In this document: piece by piece, positions 1 to 8,312 of the stretch
Layout: each line of letters starts with the position of its first letter
Position numbering within the stretch: the stretch's first letter is position 1
NCBI GenBank assembly: GCA_963838895.1
Contig: CAWIST010000003.1
Location: 8,552 to 72,551, forward strand
Source: Vulcanimicrobiota bacterium
GTDB lineage: Bacteria; Vulcanimicrobiota; Vulcanimicrobiia; Vulcanimicrobiales; Vulcanimicrobiaceae
DNA length: 64,000 nt
Direction: 5' to 3'
Notes under the pieces: generated by a model
The model's database searches: none
Told to the model about the DNA's origin: nothing
The model's input: only the letters and a program-made list of their open reading frames with translations
Translations under genes and position numbers: made by a program

Positions 1-560
1 ACGCGCGTGTCGTCGACGGTGAAGCTGACCTTCCGGATCGGCGAGAACATCGAATCGAGCGGGATCAAGCCGATCATATGCTCGACGTTGCGCTGCCGAT
101 CGGCCATGACGTAGCCGCGCCCTTTCTCGACGCCGATCTCCATCGAAAGCTTTGCCTCTTTCGAGGAAAGCGTCGCCAGATGGTACGAGGCGTCCAGGAT
201 CTCCACGTCGGCATCCGGCGCGATGTCGGCCGCGGTGACGTTCTTCGGACCGGTCACGCTCAGCGTCAGCACCTTCGGTTCGTCGCTGCTCAGCCGTACG
301 GGCAGGCCCTTGAGGTTGAGCATCAGCGCGATCGTGTCCTCGACCATCCCGGGGATCGTCGAAAACTCGTGCAGGACGCCGTTGATCTTCATATAGGTGA
401 CGGCCGCGCCGGGAATCGAGCTGAGCAAGATGCGCCGCAGCGCATTGCCCAACGTGATGCCGAAGCCGCGCTCGAGCGGCTCGATGATGAACTTCGCGTA
501 GTTCTCCCGGCGCTCGCGAACTTCAATGCTCGCGCCGGTGGGTGCTTCCAAGGTGGTCAT
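1..560 (-). CDS. rpoA: DNA-directed RNA polymerase subunit alpha, N-terminal part (gene runs off the window start)
   Basis: Own translation from the ATG at 560: MTTLEAPTGASIEVRERRENYAKFIIEPLERGFGITLGNALRRILLSSIPGAAVT..., a typical RpoA N-terminal domain. It follows rpsD as in alpha operons. Confidence 0.9.
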   Translation of the reverse strand, partial: MTTLEAPTGASIEVRERRENYAKFIIEPLERGFGITLGNALRRILLSSIPGAAVTYMKINGVLHEFSTIPGMVEDTIALMLNLKGLPVRLSSDEPKVLTLSVTGPKNVTAADIAPDADVEILDASYHLATLSSKEAKLSMEIGVEKGRGYVMADRQRNVEHMIGLIPLDSMFSPIRKVSFTVDDTR

Positions 561-654
561 GTAACTTTGTTTTTGTCCTTTGTTGCCACTTACGTTATCC
601 GGTCTCGCGTCCCCGACGCGCTCCCGATCCTACGCCTAGCGGCGAGAGAGTTGA

Positions 655-1311
655 TTATCGCGAGTAGTACTCAACGATCAGTTGTTCGTCGACAGGCGTG
701 TCGATATGCTCGCGAGCCGGAAGTTGCAGCATCTTTGCACTGTGCTCTTGCTCGTTCCACTCGAGCCAATCGGGCGGGCGGCGATTGCGCGCCACCTCGA
801 GATTCGATTCGAACACCGGCGACTTCAGGCTGCGATCGCCGATCGAGACCACGTCGCCGGGCTTTATGATGTGCGACGGTACGTTCACGATTTTTCCGTT
901 GATGCGAAAATGCCGGTGGGTGACCAGCTGACGGGCTTGCGCACGGCTCGCGGCCAGGTTCAGACGGTAGACGACGTTGTCGAGCCGCCGTTCGAGGAGT
1001 TGCAAGAACGTGCGCCCGGTCTGGCCCGGAACGCGTGCCGCCTCGCGGAAATAGTTTTTGAACTGTCCCTCGTGCACGCCATAGTAGCGGCGCATCTTCT
1101 GCTTCTCGCGAAGCTGGCGCCCGAACTCGGAAACCTTGGTGCGCGATTTGCCCGCGGTCTTCTGCCCCGGCGCCGTGCCGCGGCGTTCTACCGCGCATTT
1201 GCGAGAAAGGCAACGATCGCCTTTTAGGAAGAGCTTGATCTTCTCACCCGTCTTGTTCGCGGCGGTCTCGCGGCGGCAGAGCCGGCAAACCGGTCCCGTA
1301 TATCTCGACAT
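655..1311 (-). CDS. rpsD: 30S ribosomal protein S4
   Basis: ORF 655..1572 trimmed to the ATG at 1311: [15 protein letters not shown]...LIVEYYSR. The start overlaps the rpsK stop by 1 nt. Confidence 0.95.
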   Translation of the reverse strand: MSRYTGPVCRLCRRETAANKTGEKIKLFLKGDRCLSRKCAVERRGTAPGQKTAGKSRTKVSEFGRQLREKQKMRRYYGVHEGQFKNYFREAARVPGQTGRTFLQLLERRLDNVVYRLNLAASRAQARQLVTHRHFRINGKIVNVPSHIIKPGDVVSIGDRSLKSPVFESNLEVARNRRPPDWLEWNEQEHSAKMLQLPAREHIDTPVDEQLIVEYYSR

Positions 1312-1706
1312 CAGACGCGTCTGCGCTTGGGCGGACGGCAGCCGTTGTGCGGGATCGGCGTCACGTCTTTGATCAGCGTGATCTCCAGCCCGGCAGCCTG
1401 CAGCGAGCGGATCGCCGCCTCGCGTCCGGCGCCCGGGCCCTTCACAAGCACCTCGGTCGTCTTCAGCCCGTGCTCCATCGCTTTGCGCGCGGCGGCCTCT
1501 GCAGCCATCTGCGCGGCAAACGGCGTGGACTTCTTCGAACCCTTGAAGCCGAGATTCCCTGCCGACGCCCAAGAGAGCACATTGCCGTGCCCGTCGGCGA
1601 TCGTGACGATCGTATTGTTGAAAGAAGCGTGGATGTGCGCGACGCCCGATTGGACGTTCTTCACCTCACGCTTGCGGCGCGTCTTGGTTTGCTTCTTGGC
1701 AGCCAA
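1311..1706 (-). CDS. rpsK: 30S ribosomal protein S11
   Basis: ORF 1311..1805 trimmed to the TTG at 1706, giving (M)[35 protein letters not shown]... (131 aa, normal S11 length). GGAG lies ~13 nt upstream. Confidence 0.9.
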   Translation of the reverse strand: MAAKKQTKTRRKREVKNVQSGVAHIHASFNNTIVTIADGHGNVLSWASAGNLGFKGSKKSTPFAAQMAAEAAARKAMEHGLKTTEVLVKGPGAGREAAIRSLQAAGLEITLIKDVTPIPHNGCRPPKRRRV

Positions 1707-1776
1707 TAGAAAGGGTGACTCCGGGAGGGAAGGCAGTATGCCGCGTGCACCGGAGAGAGGCCGGCGCCAAGGGCCT

Positions 1777-1805
1777 ATGTTACCGTAGGCGCCGCCCCCG
1801 GTCAA
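1777..1805 (-). promoter_or_regulatory. Candidate sigma70-type promoter for rpsK-rpsD-rpoA (TTGACC-N17-TAACAT)
   Basis: Minus strand reads cTTGACCgggggcggcgcctacggTAACATagg, ~70 nt upstream of the rpsK start. Hexamer match by eye only. Confidence 0.3.
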
Positions 1806-1889
1806 GGTCGCGGTGGCGCTCCGCCGCGAGAGAGGGGACTCGCCGGCTGCCGGACCCCCTCATCGCTTCCTAGCCTAGGTGCTTTGCTC

Positions 1890-3173
1890 CTAGAACTTGA
1901 TGCCGAGGCCGGCGTACGGCCCGCTATGGGTGTACCCTGAGGGGTCGTTGGCATTGGCAGCGTTTCCAATGTCCCCGAGCCAGCCGAGATCCACGAAGAT
2001 CGGGCTGTTCCCGATGACCCAGGTCACGCCGACTTGGTACTTGAGCACGCGATATGCCATGATCCACGGCGCACCCGTCACGTCGACGTACGTGCCGCGC
2101 ACGTTCGGGTAGTAGTAGGCGCTCCCGTAGATCGAGAAGCTGTGATCGAGATCGGGTAGCTTCTCAAGCCCGACGCCCCAGCCGCTCATGTTCGGATAGC
2201 CGTAGTTGTTCGAGCGCCAGAGGTAGCCGACACCGATGTAGATTCGCGGATCGGCGATGCGAATGCCCAGGCGGGCGTCGACGTCACGATCCAGCGCCGT
2301 GAAAGCCGGCACGAACGAGAACCCGCCGCCGCCGATGTCCAAGACGTTGCACTCCGGATCGCTCACGCTCGCACAGTTATGCGGGTACTCGTACTGGCGG
2401 AAGTCGCCGGCGAGCATCCACGGGATGTGCCACGTGTCGAACTCCATGGCGCCGCGAACCGCGTACGAGGAGCGTCCGGTGTTGCCCGGGCTGAACTCGT
2501 TGTACACCTTCGGCGAGAAGATGTAGTCGCCGGCAACATAGACGTCGTTATAGCGAGCCGGCGGCGGGGGCGGCGGGGGTGGGGGCGGCGGAGCCGCACT
2601 CGGCGGCGGAGCCGGAGGCGGCGGCGGGGTCGGCGGGATGTACCGCACGACGACGACGTGCTGATCCGGAACCCACTGTACGTAGGCGCCCATGCCTTCT
2701 GAGATCACGCGAACCGGAACGAGCACCATCCCGTTGTACATGATCGGCGGAACGTCAAGGGGCCGTGACTCGCCGTTGATGACGACTTCAGGCCGGCCGA
2801 CGGTGACCTGCACCTGTGCGCCAGGTTTTGAAATCGTAACCGTTTGGTTCGACGGATCGTATGAAACCGACGCGCCCATCTGCTCGAACATCGAGCGCAA
2901 TGGAATGAGCACGGTGCCGTTACGGACTAACGCCGCGAGAACGCGGTTCTGCCGCAGCGTGTCGGGTTTACTGTAGACGTGGTGATCGTTATAGAGAATC
3001 GGAATCGCTCCCGATGGTGGCGAACCGAAATCGGGTGCGGGTGCCCCCGCCTGCGCAACGACAGCACTTCCAATGTTTCGCTGTGCGAATGCGGCAGACG
3101 GTAAGGCAAGCGCTGCGAGCCCGCAGCACGCCGCAACCAGCGTGGCGAGGGCTCCTGTGCCCAATCGTTTCAC
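1890..3173 (-). CDS. Secreted protein: copper-amine-oxidase-N-like (stalk) domain, poly-Pro linker and C-terminal beta-barrel ending in Phe (putative outer-membrane protein)
   Basis: Signal peptide MKRLGTGALATLVAACCGLAALALPSAAFAQ. Motif VLIPLRSMFEQMGASVSYDPSNQTVTISK is typical of Cu_amine_oxidN1. The linker is PPTPPPPPAPPPSAAPPPPPPPPPPP. The C-terminal ~220 aa have alternating hydrophobic residues, are rich in aromatic residues and Gly, and end ...YAGLGIKF. Confidence 0.75.
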   Translation of the reverse strand: MKRLGTGALATLVAACCGLAALALPSAAFAQRNIGSAVVAQAGAPAPDFGSPPSGAIPILYNDHHVYSKPDTLRQNRVLAALVRNGTVLIPLRSMFEQMGASVSYDPSNQTVTISKPGAQVQVTVGRPEVVINGESRPLDVPPIMYNGMVLVPVRVISEGMGAYVQWVPDQHVVVVRYIPPTPPPPPAPPPSAAPPPPPPPPPPPARYNDVYVAGDYIFSPKVYNEFSPGNTGRSSYAVRGAMEFDTWHIPWMLAGDFRQYEYPHNCASVSDPECNVLDIGGGGFSFVPAFTALDRDVDARLGIRIADPRIYIGVGYLWRSNNYGYPNMSGWGVGLEKLPDLDHSFSIYGSAYYYPNVRGTYVDVTGAPWIMAYRVLKYQVGVTWVIGNSPIFVDLGWLGDIGNAANANDPSGYTHSGPYAGLGIKF

Positions 3174-3238
3174 GAATGCCTCCTTAGATGATGACGGACG
3201 GGTCGCTTGGTTACTCTATGCGTTATCCGCCGTACGGC

Positions 3239-4426
3239 TTATTCCCTCAATGACGCAACCGGTAACCGCCTGAGCAGCCAGATGCCTGCCAGCATTTCGA
3301 GCGCCGCCAAGGCAAAGGCGGCAGCGGGTCCGGATCGGCTATAGGCGGCGAGACGTTCGAGCAGCATCGTCGCCAACAACGGCGCAATGATCTGCGGCAC
3401 GATTACGCCCAGGTTCCAGAGAGCCATCGCGCCGGCAGCCGCGTTGATCGGGATGATGCGACACGCAAGCGCCCAATCCGCGACCAGGAAAACGCCCCAA
3501 CCGAGTCCGGCCAATACGATCGCCGTTGTCGCCACGATCGGGGATCGACCGATGACGAAGAGCACCAGGGCCACGACGACGATCGCCGCACCCACGCTTG
3601 CGACGTTGCGGCGGTCGAAGCGATCGCTCGGCTTTGCCGCGATTGCCGCGCCCGCCGCCCCTGCGAGCGTGAAGATCAGCACGAAGATCCCGTCGATGAC
3701 CCGGGCTCGAGCGGTATCCTGGTTGATGAACGCAAGAACGTAAAAGAACAGATAGCCGAGAAGCGTGTAGAACCCGGCGAAGAGCGCGACGCGCGAGGCA
3801 AAGAGCACTGCAAACGCGCGCGAGAGGCGCATCCCTACGACCGGAACTTGCTGGAGCACCCACCCGCGCAGCGTCGCCGTCGTGACGGCGCACGTCGTAA
3901 GGAGCAGGGCGCCGAGCATCACGGCGAGCAGCAGCGGGTTTGCGAACGCGATTGCCAGCAACGCGCCCGCGGCATTGCCGGCGCTCTGAAAGCCCGCCAT
4001 CCACGCCGATGCCAAACCCGTCCGAGAGGCCTCGATCGCGTCGGGGATCGCCGCCTGATACGCTCCGATTGCCACATTGAGCCCCGCCTGCAAGGCCGCG
4101 TAGGCGAACAACAACGACGCCGCCGTCTGCGCTTCGTATAACCAGATCAACGCGGCCGCGCCGAGCAGCGCTCCCACGACGTAGAACTCCAAGCGCCGAC
4201 TGCCCGCGGCACGGCGTCGATCCGACCATGGCCCGACGATGAGCTGCACGCACGCCGCAATGATCGCGCCGCTCGTCGCGACTTGCCCGTAGAGCACGAT
4301 CGCATCCGAGCCAGCGATCTGCGCGCAACGCGCTTGCAGCGAGATGCCCAACAGCGCACCCCAGACCGCCTGGATACCGAACCAAAAGAGGGCGAGGCGC
4401 GCGATGCTAGCGGTGTTCGCAGGCAT
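3239..4426 (-). CDS. MFS-type transporter
   Basis: 395-aa polytopic membrane ORF with a WSDRRR-type loop after TM2 and ~12 hydrophobic segments. Confidence 0.75.
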   Translation of the reverse strand: MPANTASIARLALFWFGIQAVWGALLGISLQARCAQIAGSDAIVLYGQVATSGAIIAACVQLIVGPWSDRRRAAGSRRLEFYVVGALLGAAALIWLYEAQTAASLLFAYAALQAGLNVAIGAYQAAIPDAIEASRTGLASAWMAGFQSAGNAAGALLAIAFANPLLLAVMLGALLLTTCAVTTATLRGWVLQQVPVVGMRLSRAFAVLFASRVALFAGFYTLLGYLFFYVLAFINQDTARARVIDGIFVLIFTLAGAAGAAIAAKPSDRFDRRNVASVGAAIVVVALVLFVIGRSPIVATTAIVLAGLGWGVFLVADWALACRIIPINAAAGAMALWNLGVIVPQIIAPLLATMLLERLAAYSRSGPAAAFALAALEMLAGIWLLRRLPVASLRE

Positions 4427-5135
4427 AACGGTACTCGGCTTCGGTGTCCGCGTCGAAGGCCAGCTCCGGCGCGCACCCGCGCACCACGCGCGCCGCTATC
4501 CCGAGAACGCTCGACGCCCGGCGCTCGAGCACCGCGATCGACAGCGTGCCGAGCGCCAAGCGCGCGAGCAGATCGAATCCGGCGATCCTTGCCATTTGCC
4601 ACGGTTGCTTGCGCGCGCCGAAGAACCGTATCGCAAGCGACGCAACCTTCCCGGCTGCACCCGGCGGCACGACGAAGGCGCCGCCGTTGACGACGCGCTC
4701 GCCGGCAAGGCGAATGCCGAACGGCGGCGCGCCCGGAAAGCGCCGTGCGAACGCCTCCGCATCGCTCAGCGACATCGCGAGTTCGTCTCCCGCTCGCGTC
4801 ACGAAGTCGTCGAGCGACGGCGCGTCGACGTAGGGGAGATCGCTGGTGAGATACAGCAACCGCTCGTCATCTGGCCAGGCGCGCAACGCACGCCGCAGGT
4901 TCTCTCCCCCGTCATCAGCTTCGGGGACGACGCGATCGATTTCAGCGCCGCAAGCGGCGCGTACCATCTCACCCCCGACGACGGCGATCTCGCTCGCGCC
5001 CGCGCCGCGCGCTGCGAGGATCGCCCGCGAGAGCATCGTGACGCCACGAACCGGCGCAAGCGCCTTGATCGTGGTGCCGGCGGTACGCTCGTAGGCGCCG
5101 TCGACCCGACCACCCGCCGTGATGACGGCCCTCAC
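4407..5135 (-). CDS. MobA-like NTP transferase (nucleotidyltransferase) family protein
   Basis: N-terminus MRAVITAGGRVDG... is a GT-A/NTP_transf_3-like glycine loop. Start and stop overlap the neighbouring genes. Confidence 0.6.
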   Translation of the reverse strand: MRAVITAGGRVDGAYERTAGTTIKALAPVRGVTMLSRAILAARGAGASEIAVVGGEMVRAACGAEIDRVVPEADDGGENLRRALRAWPDDERLLYLTSDLPYVDAPSLDDFVTRAGDELAMSLSDAEAFARRFPGAPPFGIRLAGERVVNGGAFVVPPGAAGKVASLAIRFFGARKQPWQMARIAGFDLLARLALGTLSIAVLERRASSVLGIAARVVRGCAPELAFDADTEAEYRYACEHR

Positions 5136-5989
5136 GCCATCCCTGGGAGGGACGGCTGATCCGGCATGCCGCCCGGCGCGCGAAGCAGTACTTCGTCCGC
5201 AGCATCACCGTACCGCTCTTCGAGCAGCGCCACGAGCACTTCCGCATTGCTTGCAGCCCGGCCACGCGCATGATTGTTGAAGAACACCAACGTCTGCTGC
5301 GTCTGCGCCTCCAGATCGGCAATCCGATCGCTCCACGGCATCAGTTCTTGAGCGGAGTAATCGTAGTCATAGCGCGTGACGTTTGTTCCCGTCCACCAGG
5401 TCTTCGCGTTGCGACCGTGCATGCGAACGTAACCAACGGAGCTCGTCGCGTCCGACGACGGCCCAAGCAGCGTCTCATAGGACGGCATGTCCACATTGCA
5501 GTACCCTGCTCCGATCGCGCGCAACAATGCCAGCGTCCGATCCGATTGCCATTCGCGCCGACGGAACTCGACCACAACCGGTATGCCCTCGAACGCCTCG
5601 ACGACGCGCTCGACGTACTCCTCGTTCGTTTGTGTCGCCCCGAACCCGTTCGGAAACTGCGCGAGCACGCAGGCCAGCTTCCCAGCCTCACGTAGCGGCG
5701 TAAGCGCATCGACGAGGCGCGCCGCATCGTCGTGCACTCGCGCGCGCGTCTCCGGCGGACGCGTCACCGTCGCAGGCGCCTTTACGCTGAAGCGGAACGC
5801 AGGCGGCGTGCGCGCCCCCATCGAGGCGATGCTCCGCCGCTCCGGAACGCCATAGTAACTCGAGTCGATCTCGACGGCGGAAAATCGGGTCGCATAGAAC
5901 GGGAGCATCTCCACGGAACGCACCGCCGGCGGGTAGAACGCGCCGACCCAATCTCTATATGCGAACCCGCACGTCCCGACGTAGATCAT
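5132..5989 (-). CDS. DUF72 (YecE-like) family protein
   Basis: ORF 5132..6139 trimmed to the ATG at 5989: MIYVGTCGFAYRDWVGAFYPP..., a typical DUF72 N-terminus. The upstream 50 codons are encoded by the repeat element. Confidence 0.8.
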   Translation of the reverse strand: MIYVGTCGFAYRDWVGAFYPPAVRSVEMLPFYATRFSAVEIDSSYYGVPERRSIASMGARTPPAFRFSVKAPATVTRPPETRARVHDDAARLVDALTPLREAGKLACVLAQFPNGFGATQTNEEYVERVVEAFEGIPVVVEFRRREWQSDRTLALLRAIGAGYCNVDMPSYETLLGPSSDATSSVGYVRMHGRNAKTWWTGTNVTRYDYDYSAQELMPWSDRIADLEAQTQQTLVFFNNHARGRAASNAEVLVALLEERYGDAADEVLLRAPGGMPDQPSLPGMA

Positions 5990-6009
5990 ACGTTTTGAGG
6001 AAGCGAGGT

Positions 6010-6043
6010 GCGAAGGGTCCCCTGCTTCGAAGACGTTCGTCGC
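6010..6043. repeat. Partial inverted copy of the right end of the variant element at 6254..6391
   Basis: GAAGGGTCCCCTGCTTCGAAGACGTTCGTCGC is the near reverse complement of GCGACGAACGTCTTCGAGGAAGGGGACCTC at 6361..6390 (17 + 7 bp pairing). Confidence 0.5.
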
Positions 6044-6055
6044 TCCATCTCGCAA

Positions 6056-6213
6056 GCAAGAAGGGGTGCTCCGTCGTCGAACCGCTGCTCGCTCGCCGTC
6101 CGGGCTCGCTCGCGCTGCGGCGCTTTTTTGGAGGAACAAAGTTTTGAAGTTTCACGTCCCTGTGAAAACGTCCAAAAAAGTTGCAGCTTCTCCGACGGAG
6201 CACCCCTTCTCGC
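6056..6213 (-). mobile_element. Interspersed ~160-nt element, copy A (core read on the minus strand)
   Basis: Core is shared with 18776..18941 and 36805..36971. Arms are GCAAGAAGGGGTGCTCCGTC / GACGGAGCACCCCTTCTCGC (19/20 complementary). Confidence 0.6.
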
Positions 6214-6253
6214 CTCGCAATTCTCGCGCCCTCTCACGGGAGTCCGATCCTTG

Positions 6254-6391
6254 CGAGGTCCCCTTCGGAGAAGTGTGAGAGATTTGCGCAAAAGCCATGG
6301 ACGGCGAACTTCCTTTGAAGTTGCGCAAATCCGATCAAGTAGGAGCGCGCATGGACGCGCGCGACGAACGTCTTCGAGGAAGGGGACCTCG
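6254..6391 (+). mobile_element. Variant of the interspersed element (same GGAGAAG entry, different core)
   Basis: Perfect 13-bp arms CGAGGTCCCCTTC / GAAGGGGACCTCG. GGAGAAG follows directly after the left arm. Internal 11-bp inverted repeat GATTTGCGCAA / TTGCGCAAATC. Confidence 0.5.
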
Positions 6392-6415
6392 TAGGGCTCG
6401 AGCTCCTGTGAACCT

Positions 6416-6802
6416 TTATTTCTTGGGTAGAACTTTCTTCTTGCCGGCGACGGTACGCTTAGGTCCCTTGCGCGTCCGCGCATTCGTCTTCGTCCGCTGT
6501 CCGCGAACGGGGAGGCCGCGTCGATGACGCAGGCCGCGGTAGCATCCGATGTCCATGAGGCGCTTGATGTTGCCCTGAACCTCGCGGCGCAGGTCACCCT
6601 CGACGCGCAGCTCGAGCGCGTCGATCGCGTCGCGCAGGCTCTTTTCATCTTCCTCGCCCATATCTTTGACCCGGACATCCGGGCTCACGCCGGAATGCGC
6701 GAGCAAGCGGCGCGCCGTCGACGGGCCGATGCCGAAGATGTAGGTGAGCGCAACCTCGATGCGCTTCTCGCGTGGAAGATCGATACCGGCGATACGAGCC
6801 AT
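6416..6802 (-). CDS. rpsM: 30S ribosomal protein S13
   Basis: [34 protein letters not shown]..., full-length ORF. Confidence 0.95.
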   Translation of the reverse strand: MARIAGIDLPREKRIEVALTYIFGIGPSTARRLLAHSGVSPDVRVKDMGEEDEKSLRDAIDALELRVEGDLRREVQGNIKRLMDIGCYRGLRHRRGLPVRGQRTKTNARTRKGPKRTVAGKKKVLPKK

Positions 6803-6804
6803 GC

Positions 6805-6921
6805 TTAACCCTGCCTCTGTTTGTGTTTCGGATTGATCTCGCAGATCACGCGCACGACTCCATTACGGCGAATGATCTTGCACTTGTCGCAAATTTTCTT
6901 AACGGACGGACGAACTTTCAT
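6805..6921 (-). CDS. rpmJ: 50S ribosomal protein L36
   Basis: Not in the ORF track. Own translation: [38 protein letters not shown]. Confidence 0.9.
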   Translation of the reverse strand: MKVRPSVKKICDKCKIIRRNGVVRVICEINPKHKQRQG

Positions 6922-6932
6922 AACAACTCTTC

Positions 6933-7742
6933 TTACGCCGGCGCCGTCAGTTCGGCGTCGGGACGGTAAGCCTCAACGGCGGGAAGTTCTCCGAACTCAC
7001 GCAGCGTCAGAATCTTCGGACCCTGCTCCGTGACGACGATCGTGTGCTCGAAGTGCGCTGCGAGTTTACCATCCGCGGTCACGACTGTCCAGCCGTCCTT
7101 GCGGATCTGGACCGCCGGGTCGCCTTGGGTGACCATCGGCTCGACCGCCAACACGAGCCCCGGCCGCAGCTTCGGCCCGGTGCCGCGCCGCCCGTAGTTC
7201 GGGACCTGCGGCTCCTCGTGCATCTCGCGTCCGACCCCGTGCCCGACCAACTCGCGAACGACGCCGTAGCCATGCCGCTCGGCATGCTCCTGCACCGCGG
7301 CGCCGATGTCCCCGACATGGCCGCCCCGCTGCATCGCTCCGATTCCGAGCATTAGGCATTCCTGCGTCACGTCGAGCAGCCGCTGCGCCTCTGCCGAAAC
7401 GTTGCCGATCGCTACGGTTACCGCGCTGTCGCTCACGTAGTCGTCCAGAGTCGTGCCGATATCGATCGATAGTAAATCGCCTTCGCGCAGCACGTAGCGT
7501 CCCGGAATTCCGTGCACGACTTCGTCGTTCAGCGAGACACAGATCGAGGCGGGGAAGCCCCGGTAGCCTTTGAAGGTCGGAACGCCGCCGCGCGTGCGAA
7601 TGCCGCGCTCGGCCATCGCGTCCAGCTCGCGGGTCGGCATCCCCGCATGCGCTTTCTGCATGAGTTCCGTCAGCACCGCCGCGGTGATCTTGCCGCTGCG
7701 ACGGATCGTCTCGATCTCGCGCGCGCTCTTGAGCGTAATCAT
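6933..7742 (-). CDS. map: Type I methionine aminopeptidase
   Basis: [24 protein letters not shown]...[10 protein letters not shown]... The ATGA overlaps the adk stop. Confidence 0.92.
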   Translation of the reverse strand: MITLKSAREIETIRRSGKITAAVLTELMQKAHAGMPTRELDAMAERGIRTRGGVPTFKGYRGFPASICVSLNDEVVHGIPGRYVLREGDLLSIDIGTTLDDYVSDSAVTVAIGNVSAEAQRLLDVTQECLMLGIGAMQRGGHVGDIGAAVQEHAERHGYGVVRELVGHGVGREMHEEPQVPNYGRRGTGPKLRPGLVLAVEPMVTQGDPAVQIRKDGWTVVTADGKLAAHFEHTIVVTEQGPKILTLREFGELPAVEAYRPDAELTAPA

Positions 7743-8296
7743 GGCGCCGGCGCTCGCGTGGGAATCGCGGCGAGCAACTCATCCGTTACAACGTCGATCG
7801 CCGGCGAAGCATCGATACGCGACAGCCTCCCGGTGCGCGCGTAATAATCGACGAGCGGCAGCGTCTGCGCCCGGAAGACTTCGAACCGCCGATCGATCGT
7901 CTCCGGCGTATCGTCTTCGCGGTGACGTTCGCGCAGCCGCCGATCGACGTCCGCGCGCGGGATCTCGAAGAAGATCGCTTGCAGCGAACGCCTGCGCTGC
8001 GCGAGGAGTTTGTCGAGCGCCTCCGCCTGCGCCACCGTCCGCGGAAAACCGTCGAAGAGCGCCGTGCCGTTGCGCGGCAACTCCTGTTCGACCATTTTGA
8101 TCATCAGATCGTCGGGAACCAGTTCGCCGCGCTGCATGAAGCCTTCCGCTTGGCGGCCGAGTTCGGTCCCGCGGGCACGATGTTCGCGCAGCATGTCTCC
8201 GGTCGCGATCGGCTGGAATCCGCAACGATCGTGAAGGATTTGCGCCTGCGTTCCCTTTCCGGAACCCGGTGAACCCAGGAAGACGATGTCGGACAC
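7739..8296 (-). CDS. adk: Adenylate kinase (short-lid type)
   Basis: P-loop IVFLGSPGSGKGTQ. GTG at 8296 chosen because it lies just after the secY stop at 8313. The ATG at 8347 would overlap secY by 35 nt. Confidence 0.85.
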   Translation of the reverse strand: MSDIVFLGSPGSGKGTQAQILHDRCGFQPIATGDMLREHRARGTELGRQAEGFMQRGELVPDDLMIKMVEQELPRNGTALFDGFPRTVAQAEALDKLLAQRRRSLQAIFFEIPRADVDRRLRERHREDDTPETIDRRFEVFRAQTLPLVDYYARTGRLSRIDASPAIDVVTDELLAAIPTRAPAP

Positions 8297-8312
8297 TAGT
8301 CGCTCTGGGGGC

